DNA from: Mycetocola sp.
GTDB taxonomy: Bacteria > Actinomycetota > Actinomycetes > Actinomycetales > Microbacteriaceae
Direction: 5' to 3'
Assembly (NCBI RefSeq): GCF_025464835.1
Contig: NZ_JAODMP010000096.1
Span: forward strand, 8,755-72,754
Length of the DNA stretch: 64,000 nucleotides
The notes below the pieces were generated by a model. The model had not been told where the DNA came from and ran no database searches. It saw only the letters and a list, made by a program, of their open reading frames with translations. Of the stretch, positions 50,917-58,437 are shown piece by piece (the first letter of the stretch is position 1; every line of letters begins with the position of its first letter). A program made the position numbers and the translations under genes.

Positions 50917-52640
50917 GACCCACAGCAGGGGTCACCTTCGGGGGACGCTACGAACTGGAGTCCCGGATCGCCATCGGCGGTATGGGCGAGGTGTGGAATG
51001 CCACCGACCTCGTCATCGGCCGAACTGTCGCCATCAAGATCCTCAAGGATGAGTACCTCGGCGACCCCAACTTCCTGGAACGGTTCCGCTCGGAGGCCCG
51101 GCACGCCGCCCTCGTCAACCACGAGGGCATCGCCAACGTCTTCGACTACGGCGAGGAGGACGGCAGCGCCTTTCTCGTGATGGAACTCGTCCCGGGCGAA
51201 GCTCTGTCGACCATGCTCGAACGCGAACACGTGCTGTCGACCGACACGGTTCTCGACATCACCGCCCAGACGGCCCTCGCGCTTCAGGCTGCGCACGCCG
51301 CCGGGTTGGTGCACCGAGACATCAAACCGGGCAACCTTCTGATCACACCTGACGGCAGGGTCAAGATCACCGACTTCGGCATCGCCCGCATCGCCGACCA
51401 GGTGCCGCTCACCGCCACCGGCCAGGTCATGGGCACCGTTCAGTACCTCTCGCCGGAGCAGGCATCCGGCCATCCCGCATCGCCGACCACCGACATCTAC
51501 TCCCTGGGCATCGTCGCCTACGAGTGTCTCGCCGGCAAACGTCCGTTCACCGGCGAGTCCCAGGTGGCGATCGCGATGGCGCAGATCAACGAGGCGCCGC
51601 CGGCGCTCCCGGTGACCGTCGCCGAACCGGTTCGCAATCTCGTGCTCTCGATGATCGCCAAGAACCCGGCCGACCGCCCGGCGTCGGCCGCGCACGTCAG
51701 CCGCGCAGCGCAGGCTCTCCGCCGTGGAGACACCGCAGCGGCGGCCGCCGCCGTGCCCGCCATCGCGGACGGCAGCGCACTCACCGGTGCGACGATGGTG
51801 ATGGGCGCCGGAGGGGACGCAACGACCCAGCTCCTCGGGGCCACACAGGTCACGACGACGACCGCCGAAGTGCCGGTGACCGACGGGGACAAAAAGAAGA
51901 AACGCAGTGCGTGGACCTGGCCGCTGATCGCCCTCATCGCGATCCTCGCCATCGTCCTCGCGGGTACGGTCATCGCCCTCGTCGGTCAGGGGGAGGAAGC
52001 AAGCCCGCCGGCGACATCCAGCACACCGACGCCGGTCGTGACGACACCCGAAGCGACACCAACGCCAACGCCGACGCCGACGCCGACGCCGACGAACGAG
52101 CTCATCGCGGTAAGCGCCTCAGACTTCGTCGGGGATACCTACGACGAGGCAGCGGCGAAACTCAAGGCCCTCGGCCTGGCGTCCGAACGTTCCACCGGCA
52201 ACGCCGCGACGTCCGAGGAGCAGGTCGGAATCGTGTACGCGATCGACCCGGAGGGCAACCTCCAGAAGGGCCAGATCGTCACCGTCACCGTGTACGGGCC
52301 GATGGCTGAGATCCCAACGCCGACCACAGCTCCCACCCTGTCGGGTGAGGGATGTGACGCGGCCGGCCAGTGCGTCAACGTCGCCGCCGGCTCCACCGTC
52401 ATCGTCAACTGGCCTGCATTCACCCAGTGCCCTGCAGGAACGCAGATGCTCGGCTACCGGATAACCGCGACCGGTGGAACGCCGACCACCGACGGCGGCG
52501 CCGTCAGCACCAACCGCGGCGAGGTTGTCGTCGGTGACGTTGCCGGCCCGTTGAGCGTCAGCTACAGCGCATTCTGCGGTTCTTCCGAATCGGAGCCGTC
52601 GCCGGCCGCCACCGCGGAGATCCGTACCGTCGAGGAATGA
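50913..52640 (+). CDS. Ser/Thr protein kinase in the pknA position, with TM segment, PT linker, one PASTA-like repeat and a Cys-containing C-terminal domain
   Basis: 575 aa with the Hanks motifs GGMGEVW, AIKIL, HRDIKPGNLL, DFGIA and SPEQA. The TM segment is WPLIALIAILAIVLAGTVIALV. It also has [13 protein letters not shown] and the PASTA-like stretch SDFVGDTYDEAAAKLKALGLA...GQIVTVTVYG. Confidence 0.9.
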   Translation: MRPTAGVTFGGRYELESRIAIGGMGEVWNATDLVIGRTVAIKILKDEYLGDPNFLERFRSEARHAALVNHEGIANVFDYGEEDGSAFLVMELVPGEALSTMLEREHVLSTDTVLDITAQTALALQAAHAAGLVHRDIKPGNLLITPDGRVKITDFGIARIADQVPLTATGQVMGTVQYLSPEQASGHPASPTTDIYSLGIVAYECLAGKRPFTGESQVAIAMAQINEAPPALPVTVAEPVRNLVLSMIAKNPADRPASAAHVSRAAQALRRGDTAAAAAAVPAIADGSALTGATMVMGAGGDATTQLLGATQVTTTTAEVPVTDGDKKKKRSAWTWPLIALIAILAIVLAGTVIALVGQGEEASPPATSSTPTPVVTTPEATPTPTPTPTPTPTNELIAVSASDFVGDTYDEAAAKLKALGLASERSTGNAATSEEQVGIVYAIDPEGNLQKGQIVTVTVYGPMAEIPTPTTAPTLSGEGCDAAGQCVNVAAGSTVIVNWPAFTQCPAGTQMLGYRITATGGTPTTDGGAVSTNRGEVVVGDVAGPLSVSYSAFCGSSESEPSPAATAEIRTVEE

Positions 52641-52700
52641 AGAATTGTCAGCGACTAAGATATCTCTGACCCGCCGTGGTCTGATCTAAGGAGTTCATGA

Positions 52701-54392
52701 GTGGCTGACGAACAACGCCTGCTCGCAGGGCGCTATCTCGTCGGAGACCTGATCGGTCGCGGTGGCATGGCCAATGTCTTCCGCGGCACGGACACCAAAC
52801 TCGGACGCACCGTCGCCATCAAGATTCTCAAACCCGACCTGGCAAATGATCCGGCGTTCCGGACTCGCTTCCGCCAGGAAGCCCAGGCCGCCTCACGGAT
52901 GGCGCATCCGACGATCGTCCGCGTCTTCGACGCAGGCGAGGAGACGGTGAAGCACGACGATCGTGTTTCACGTGAACCCTTCATCGTCATGGAGTACGTC
53001 CACGGCCGCACCCTGAAAGCGGTGATTGCGGAGGGCCCGATGGAGTCGGCACGCGCCGTCGCAATCGCCGAAGGCATCCTCACTGCCCTCGAATACTCAC
53101 ACAGGGCTGGCGTCGTGCACCGCGACATCAAGCCGGGCAACGTCATGATCACGCCGGACGAGCACGTCAAGGTGATGGACTTCGGCATCGCCAGGGCTGT
53201 TTCCGACTCCTCCGCGACAGTCGCGCAGACCACAGCGATCCTCGGCACCGCCTCGTATTTCTCACCGGAGCAGGCGAAGGGTGAGGTCGTCGACGCTCGA
53301 ACCGACCTCTACTCGACCGCCGTTGTTCTGTTCGAAATGCTCACCGGCCGCGCGCCGTTCCGCGGCGACACTGCTGTCGCGGTCGCTTACCAGCACGTCA
53401 GCGAAACCGCCGTCCGGGCGTCGACGGTCAACCGGAAGGTGTCCCCGGCCCTCGACCACGTCGTGATGCGTGGCCTCGCGAAAGACCGGTTCGAACGCTA
53501 CCAATCAGCATCCGACTTCCGTGACGACCTCGCGGTCGCCGCGGCTGGCACGATCCCGATTCACCACACCGATGACGCCAGCACGGCGCTTTTCGGTCCG
53601 TCACCGCGGGCGTCGTCCAGCACGGAACAGGCGCTCCGCCAGCTGACGAGTGACGATTCAGTGACCAGGACCCAGCGCCGACCGCCGGTCGTGTGGATCT
53701 GGGCAGGGATCGCATCCATCGCCGTCGTACTGATTGCAGTCATGATCTGGGTGATGTCGTTGAGCCAAGTGCCTGTCCTGCAGACCGAGTCCCGTCCCAT
53801 TCCCGATCTCGTCGGCGTGAGCGAGGCGAGCGCAATCAACACATTGAACGACCTCGACCTCGTAGCCAGTGTCGTGACCGAGGAGAGCGCCACCGTCGAC
53901 GAGGGAATGGTCATCCGCACCGACCCGAACAAGGACAGCAAGGTGCGGCCGAAAGATGTCGTCCGGCTGTACGTCTCCCTTGGCGCTGCCAAGGTCATCG
54001 TTCCCGACGTCACCAACAAGACGACAGAACAGGCGCAGGCCGACCTTCAGGCAGTGGGACTGGCATCCGGTTCCATCTCGAAAGAGAACTCTCCGGATCG
54101 AGCGGCGGGCTCCGTGATCAGCACAGATCCGGCGGCGGACACCGAGGTCGCCGCTGGCTCGACGGTGAACCTCGTCGTCTCGAGCGGCCTCGTGACCATC
54201 AAGGACGTGCGCGCACAGAGCATCGACGTGGCGACCGACCTGATGCAGGACCCGGCGGTAGGACTGACCGTACTGCCGGTGCCTGACCCGACCTGCCCGG
54301 CTTTGCCCGGCAACCCGGTCACCGCCCAGTCGCTCGCCCCCGGCGATGTGCCACAGCGCTCCGAAATCGAATTGATGTATTGCACGGGCTAG
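52701..54392 (+). CDS. pknB: Ser/Thr protein kinase PknB with extracellular PASTA repeats
   Basis: 563 aa with GRGGMANVF, AIKIL, HRDIKPGNVM, DFGIA and a TM segment. At least three PASTA units are visible (IPDLVGVSEASAINTLNDLDL...; VPDVTNKTTEQAQADLQAVGL...; IKDVRAQSIDVATDLM...). Confidence 0.95.
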   Translation: MADEQRLLAGRYLVGDLIGRGGMANVFRGTDTKLGRTVAIKILKPDLANDPAFRTRFRQEAQAASRMAHPTIVRVFDAGEETVKHDDRVSREPFIVMEYVHGRTLKAVIAEGPMESARAVAIAEGILTALEYSHRAGVVHRDIKPGNVMITPDEHVKVMDFGIARAVSDSSATVAQTTAILGTASYFSPEQAKGEVVDARTDLYSTAVVLFEMLTGRAPFRGDTAVAVAYQHVSETAVRASTVNRKVSPALDHVVMRGLAKDRFERYQSASDFRDDLAVAAAGTIPIHHTDDASTALFGPSPRASSSTEQALRQLTSDDSVTRTQRRPPVVWIWAGIASIAVVLIAVMIWVMSLSQVPVLQTESRPIPDLVGVSEASAINTLNDLDLVASVVTEESATVDEGMVIRTDPNKDSKVRPKDVVRLYVSLGAAKVIVPDVTNKTTEQAQADLQAVGLASGSISKENSPDRAAGSVISTDPAADTEVAAGSTVNLVVSSGLVTIKDVRAQSIDVATDLMQDPAVGLTVLPVPDPTCPALPGNPVTAQSLAPGDVPQRSEIELMYCTG

Positions 54393-54415
54393 CTCACCCA
54401 GCATTTCGACAACGA

Positions 54416-54450
54416 GAACGGCGGCCGCGACTTCGTCGCGACCGCCGTTC
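54416..54450. terminator. 16-bp hairpin between convergent pknB and the DUF3618 gene
   Basis: GAACGGCGGCCGCGAC (54416-54431), loop TTC, then GTCGCGACCGCCGTTC (54435-54450), with one mismatch. No U tract. Confidence 0.5.
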
Positions 54451-54465
54451 CTCTATGTCGAGGGG

Positions 54466-55149
54466 CTACCTGAGCTGATCGTCCGTGCGACTCGCGTCAT
54501 AGACGGGTTCGTCGTCCATCAGCGGCGAGGCGCCACTGTCGGGTGAGACGTAACCCTCGGTCGACATGGTGTTGCCGCCGCTTCCCGAGCTGTTCTTGAC
54601 GTCCTTCGCCTGGCTTGTGGCGTCGTCCTTCACGTTCGAGACGGCATCCGCTGCGGCGCCCTTGACCGAGTCTGCTGCCTGCTTCGCCGGCTCCTTCAGG
54701 TCCTGAGCAACGCCCTTGGCCGTTTCCTTGAGGTCGTCAACCAGCGGTGCCGCCTTGTCCTTCGCGGTCTGCGCCAGTTCCTTCTCCTTCTCGGATGCCG
54801 GGATGAGCGACGCGGCGAGCAGGCCGAGACCGAATGCGATGACTCCGACCGCCATCGGGTTGCCCTTCGCCTTGTCCACTGCTTTGTGCGGGGCGTCGCC
54901 GAACTGGGAGGCCTTACCGCCCACCTTGTCGCCGACGTTGGACGCGGCGTCCGTGACGTGCGATCTGGCATCTTCTGCGGCGCCCATGACGCTGTCCTTG
55001 ACCTTCCTGGCCATACCTTTCACCCTCTCAGTCCGTCGCTGCACGATGCTCGACGGGCTGACCTTGTCGGCCAGAGCGTCGACATCGCTGCTGAGGTTGC
55101 TCCGGGTCTCTTCAATTTCCTGGCGGATTGCTTCAGGGTCGTTCGTCAT
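54466..55149 (-). CDS. DUF3618 domain protein
   Basis: 227 aa with N-terminus DPEAIRQEIEETRSNLSSDVDALADKVSPSSIV, one TM segment and repetitive KDxAxxxV helical segments. Confidence 0.75.
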   Translation of the reverse strand: MTNDPEAIRQEIEETRSNLSSDVDALADKVSPSSIVQRRTERVKGMARKVKDSVMGAAEDARSHVTDAASNVGDKVGGKASQFGDAPHKAVDKAKGNPMAVGVIAFGLGLLAASLIPASEKEKELAQTAKDKAAPLVDDLKETAKGVAQDLKEPAKQAADSVKGAAADAVSNVKDDATSQAKDVKNSSGSGGNTMSTEGYVSPDSGASPLMDDEPVYDASRTDDQLR

Positions 55150-55562
55150 CTCTGATCCTCACTTGTCTTGAATGCCTCGGGAACTTCTTTCAGCGTCTCC
55201 ACTGTCTGGGGGGCGCCCTGGATCTCCTGCATTTCCTTCTTGCCGCGCAACGCCAGCACTGCGGCGATGATGCCCCAGATCACGGCGACGATGATCGCGG
55301 ACCAGACCAGGCCGGTCAGGAATCCCAGGCCCCACCAGAGCGCGACCGAAAGGAAGACGAGGGCGAGCAGTCCGGCGACACCCGCGCCGCCGAACATCCC
55401 CGCGCCTTTTCCGGCTTTCTTGGCCGATGTTGAGAGTTCCGCCTTGGCAAGTTCTACCTCCTGGCGGAACAGCGTCGAGATGTCCCTCGTGACCTCGCCC
55501 AGAAGCTGGCCGAGGGACTCGCGTCTGTTGTCGTCGGGTTCGGGGACGTAGGGCTGACTCAT
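55146..55562 (-). CDS. holin-X / DUF1469 family membrane protein (annotated in databases as phage holin family)
   Basis: 138 aa with LGQLLGEVTRDISTLFRQEVELAKAELSTSAKKAGKGAGMFGGAG followed by two TM helices. It overlaps both neighbours by 4 nt. Confidence 0.75.
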   Translation of the reverse strand: MSQPYVPEPDDNRRESLGQLLGEVTRDISTLFRQEVELAKAELSTSAKKAGKGAGMFGGAGVAGLLALVFLSVALWWGLGFLTGLVWSAIIVAVIWGIIAAVLALRGKKEMQEIQGAPQTVETLKEVPEAFKTSEDQR

Positions 55563-56200
55563 CGAAGGTCACCGCTCGTCTGATAGTCCGAGGACCCGGC
55601 CGACCCGGTGTACCCGGGCGTGGTGGTGTAGCCGGTGTCACCGTAGGCGGTGGTTCCGTAGGCGGCACCCGCGGTGGCGATCGCCGGGTCCTCGCCGATG
55701 TAGGCTTCGCCGCCGGCCATGTATGTCGTATCCTGCGTGGACGAGTCGTTTCCGCTCGTGAGGGACTTGGCAAGCCGCCCGACGAGGATTCCGGCGCCAG
55801 CCGCAATCGCAATGAAAACGCCTGGGCGCTGCCGGGCGAACCGCTTGACGTCATCGAGCAGGTCGGCGGGTTCGCGGGATTCCAGCCAGCCAGCAACGTC
55901 ACCGGCACGCGACGCCGCCTGCGAGACGAGGTTGGATGCCATTCCCTGGTCGGTTGAGTCGGCCATGGAGCGAAGCTGGTCGCTGACCGTGCGAAGGCCG
56001 TCTGTCGCGCGGTCCTTCTGGGTGGAAACCTGACCGCTCACCTGGTCGCGGACCTGTCCGGCCAGGTTCCTGGCCTGGTGTCCAACTTCGTTCTTCACGT
56101 TAGCGGCCTCGTCGGCAGCCGTCCCGGCTACATGGGAGCCTGCTCCCTTTACGCGGTCGGTGGTCGACGCGTCGCCGGCGCCTGATGAGGTTTGTGTCAT
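55559..56200 (-). CDS. hypothetical stress-module protein with one TM segment and a Gly/Tyr/Thr-rich tail
   Basis: The ATG at 56200 is preceded by an AGGAGGAAG RBS. 213 aa with a helical repetitive N-terminal half, the TM segment PGVFIAIAAGAGILVG, and the tail AYGTTAYGDTGYTTTPGYTGS. Confidence 0.6.
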   Translation of the reverse strand: MTQTSSGAGDASTTDRVKGAGSHVAGTAADEAANVKNEVGHQARNLAGQVRDQVSGQVSTQKDRATDGLRTVSDQLRSMADSTDQGMASNLVSQAASRAGDVAGWLESREPADLLDDVKRFARQRPGVFIAIAAGAGILVGRLAKSLTSGNDSSTQDTTYMAGGEAYIGEDPAIATAGAAYGTTAYGDTGYTTTPGYTGSAGSSDYQTSGDLR

Positions 56201-56399
56201 GATTCTTCCTCCTCGGAGGAGACCGGCCGACCGTGTCAGGGGTGACGACGGCAGCACGGTCTCGAGTCGTGTGAGGAAATCTTCGCGCGAGGCCGATGCC
56301 AACACCAAGCTTCTGTGCGAGGCTTGACACCCCGCGAACAGGCGAGTATCACGCGTCCGGTAGATGAGGGGTCGGCCGGCCTGGACGGCGCAGAGAAAC

Positions 56400-57035
56400 C
56401 TAGGAGTGCACCAGCGGGGAGAGTCCCTTGGCGGTCTCCGCGGCCTCGGGCAGTCCGGATGCCGCGAGCCAGTTACCGAGCATCAGGTATCCGCCCTCGG
56501 TGAGAACACTCTCGGGGTGGAATTGCACACCGTAGATCGGAGCATCGCGGTGCCTGAGGCCCATGATGACGCCACCGCTTGTCCGGCTCGTGACCACCAG
56601 ATCCTCCGGCACAGTGCCGTTGATGACGGCGAGGGAGTGGTACCTGGTGGCGGTGAACGGCTGCGGTACGCCGGCGTAGAAGGCACTGTCATCGTGCTCG
56701 ATCAGGCTGGTCTTGCCGTGCATGAGTTCGTCGGCATTTGTCACCGTCGCGCCGAATGCTTCAGCGATGGCCTGGTGGCCGAGGCACACGCCCAGCAACG
56801 GTGTGTCCGCCGCCAGTGCTGCTTTCACCATCGCTACAGAAACACCGGCGTCCGCGGGCTTGCCTGGGCCAGGGGACACCAGGACGGCATCGTACTCGGC
56901 GAGCCGCGCCGCGGCATCCGCTGCAGAGAAGGTGTCGTTGCGGACTACGTCGGTCTCAGCGCCGAGCTGCAGGAGATAGCCGTTCAGCGTGTAGACGAAG
57001 CTGTCGTAGTTGTCGATCACCAATACGCGCGTCAC
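56400..57035 (-). CDS. trpG: glutamine amidotransferase subunit of anthranilate / aminodeoxychorismate synthase
   Basis: 211 aa with VLVIDNYDSFVYTL...LVSPGPGKP...LLGVCLGHQAI (catalytic Cys)...GVQFHPES. Confidence 0.93.
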   Translation of the reverse strand: MTRVLVIDNYDSFVYTLNGYLLQLGAETDVVRNDTFSAADAAARLAEYDAVLVSPGPGKPADAGVSVAMVKAALAADTPLLGVCLGHQAIAEAFGATVTNADELMHGKTSLIEHDDSAFYAGVPQPFTATRYHSLAVINGTVPEDLVVTSRTSGGVIMGLRHRDAPIYGVQFHPESVLTEGGYLMLGNWLAASGLPEAAETAKGLSPLVHS

Positions 57036-57044
57036 GTGAACCTC

Positions 57045-57203
57045 TTACTCTTCAACGGTTACTTCCTGGGTGTCGAGAAATGACTGCACCCAAGGGAACA
57101 CCCAGGTGCCCAATACATACAAAACTACAGCGATCAGCGCCATCACGAGCAGAATCCGAACCCACACCGGACCCGGCAGTGCACGCCACAGTGCTCCGTA
57201 CAC
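57045..57203 (-). CDS. small (52 aa) single-TM protein not in the ORF track
   Basis: The GTG at 57203 follows a GGAGG RBS and lies 2 nt after the sortase stop. It translates to VYGALWRALPGPVWVRILLVMALIAVVLYVLGTWVFPWVQSFLDTQEVTVEE and stops 9 nt before the trpG start. Confidence 0.55.
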   Translation of the reverse strand: MYGALWRALPGPVWVRILLVMALIAVVLYVLGTWVFPWVQSFLDTQEVTVEE

Positions 57204-57205
57204 GG

Positions 57206-57976
57206 TCAGTCCTCCACCGGATCGCTTAACGACGCGGGTTCACCAGCGGTGCGGGGCGTCCACGATTCGAACGCGCCATAGGCGATGATACGCTCCTCGG
57301 TTGAGAAGGCGGGGTTGCAACTGGTCAGAGTGATGATCGAGTCGGAGGCTTCTACCCCGTCAGCCTGCGGGACCGGGTTGAGAACGCCGACCCCGGACGG
57401 TTCGACGTACTCGAGTGTGCGGAACCGATAGGTGTACCAGCCCTCGGGTACCTCGACGACGATGGCGTCACCGACACGGAGCTCACCGATCAGGTTGAGC
57501 GGTTTGCCGTAGGAGTTTCGGTGACCGGCGACGGCGAAGTTTCCGGGCTGGCCGGGCATCTGGGTGTCTGGGTAGTGTCCGAGGCCAACAGTGTTGAGCG
57601 TGCGCGAGGTTGATACGCCGCCAGCAAGTTTGGCTGCATAGTCATCGCCGAATCGAGGTACGCGGAGAACACCGAACACCTCAGTGTCAGCGGGCTGACC
57701 CAAAACGACCGGATCCATCTGTTCCTGTGGCAATTCAGTTGCTGCAAGCGGGCCCGTCTGCCATCTCTCGCTCAGCTGGGCGGCATCATGGTCCTGGGTG
57801 GCACGAAGGACCGCATCGTTCAGCCACAGCTGCCAGGCGAGGAACAGCAAAACCAGAACACCAGCCGTTACGAGCAGTTCGCCGATAACCCCGGTCGCGC
57901 GGATCCGGCGCGCTGGTTTGCGCTCTCGGCCCCCGCGGGCACTCCGCGACGGAGCGAACGGCGAGCTGACGGGCAT
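57206..57976 (-). CDS. class E sortase
   Basis: 256 aa with an N-terminal TM anchor, the His motif NFAVAGHR, the catalytic motif IITLTSCNP and a following Arg (EERIIAYG). Confidence 0.88.
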   Translation of the reverse strand: MPVSSPFAPSRSARGGRERKPARRIRATGVIGELLVTAGVLVLLFLAWQLWLNDAVLRATQDHDAAQLSERWQTGPLAATELPQEQMDPVVLGQPADTEVFGVLRVPRFGDDYAAKLAGGVSTSRTLNTVGLGHYPDTQMPGQPGNFAVAGHRNSYGKPLNLIGELRVGDAIVVEVPEGWYTYRFRTLEYVEPSGVGVLNPVPQADGVEASDSIITLTSCNPAFSTEERIIAYGAFESWTPRTAGEPASLSDPVED

Positions 57977-58029
57977 CTCGTCAGTCTAGCCGGACGAACT
58001 TTTCGGGAACCGGAAAGTTCTACACAGGG

Positions 58030-58174
58030 TTATCCACACACTGGGGATAATTACACTGGTGTAATTGTCCACAGTGTTAATAACCCTGTTAATAACTCTG
58101 GTCTGGGTTTTTGCGAATTGCCGCCGAAGGGGCTGTGGAGAATCCCGGGCGCGCCGGGATAAACCTGTGGAAAC
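58030..58174. promoter_or_regulatory. cluster of DnaA-box-like 9-mers in the AT-rich crgA / sortase spacer
   Basis: The boxes are TTATCCACA (58030-58038, +), TTATCCCCA (58042-58050, -), TTGTCCACA (58065-58073, +), TTCTCCACA (58134-58142, -) and GTTTCCACA (58166-58174, -). Confidence 0.5.
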
Positions 58175-58419
58175 TACCGCCAGCGCGTGGTCATCAGGAA
58201 ACCGATGAACGCGATCCCGAAGCCGACGACGATGTTCCAGGACTCTAGAGCCGGGATCGGCAGAGCACCCTGGCTGACATAGAAGACGATGATCCAGGCA
58301 AGACCCAGGAGCATGAACCCGAACATGACCGGCTTGAACCAAACCGGGTTTGGTGCCTGCTCACCGGAGCGCTGAGTGCTCGGGGCGGCCTGGGTGCTCT
58401 TCGTCTTGTCGCGTGCCAT
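58174..58419 (-). CDS. crgA: cell division protein CrgA
   Basis: 81 aa with NPVWFKPVMFGFMLLGLAWIIVFYV...WNIVVGFGIAFIGFLMTTRWR. Confidence 0.93.
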   Translation of the reverse strand: MARDKTKSTQAAPSTQRSGEQAPNPVWFKPVMFGFMLLGLAWIIVFYVSQGALPIPALESWNIVVGFGIAFIGFLMTTRWR

Positions 58420-58437
58420 ATGGCCGATTCTAGTCGG

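Noticed and set aside
49192-51695. Two long minus-strand ORFs (49192-50328 and 50679-51695)
   Set aside because: They are antisense to pbpA, rodA and the first kinase gene, all of which carry diagnostic active-site motifs. These are shadow ORFs.
55146-55562. Holin-family gene as a sign of a prophage
   Set aside because: No capsid, tail, integrase, lysin or terminase genes are nearby. The family (DUF1469/holin-X) is common in actinobacterial stress-type triplets.
56324-56352. Plus-strand TTGACA-N17-TATCAC promoter-like sequence
   Set aside because: It points into the 3' end of trpG in antisense, with no plus-strand gene downstream. It is most likely fortuitous, although an antisense transcript cannot be excluded without RNA data.
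57977-58173. Possibility that the DnaA-box cluster is oriC itself
   Set aside because: It is flanked by crgA and a sortase gene rather than dnaA/dnaN, and gyrA points to the canonical origin lying beyond the window. Only five boxes are present and I could not define a clear 13-mer-type unwinding element. It is kept as a secondary-cluster hypothesis in the findings.
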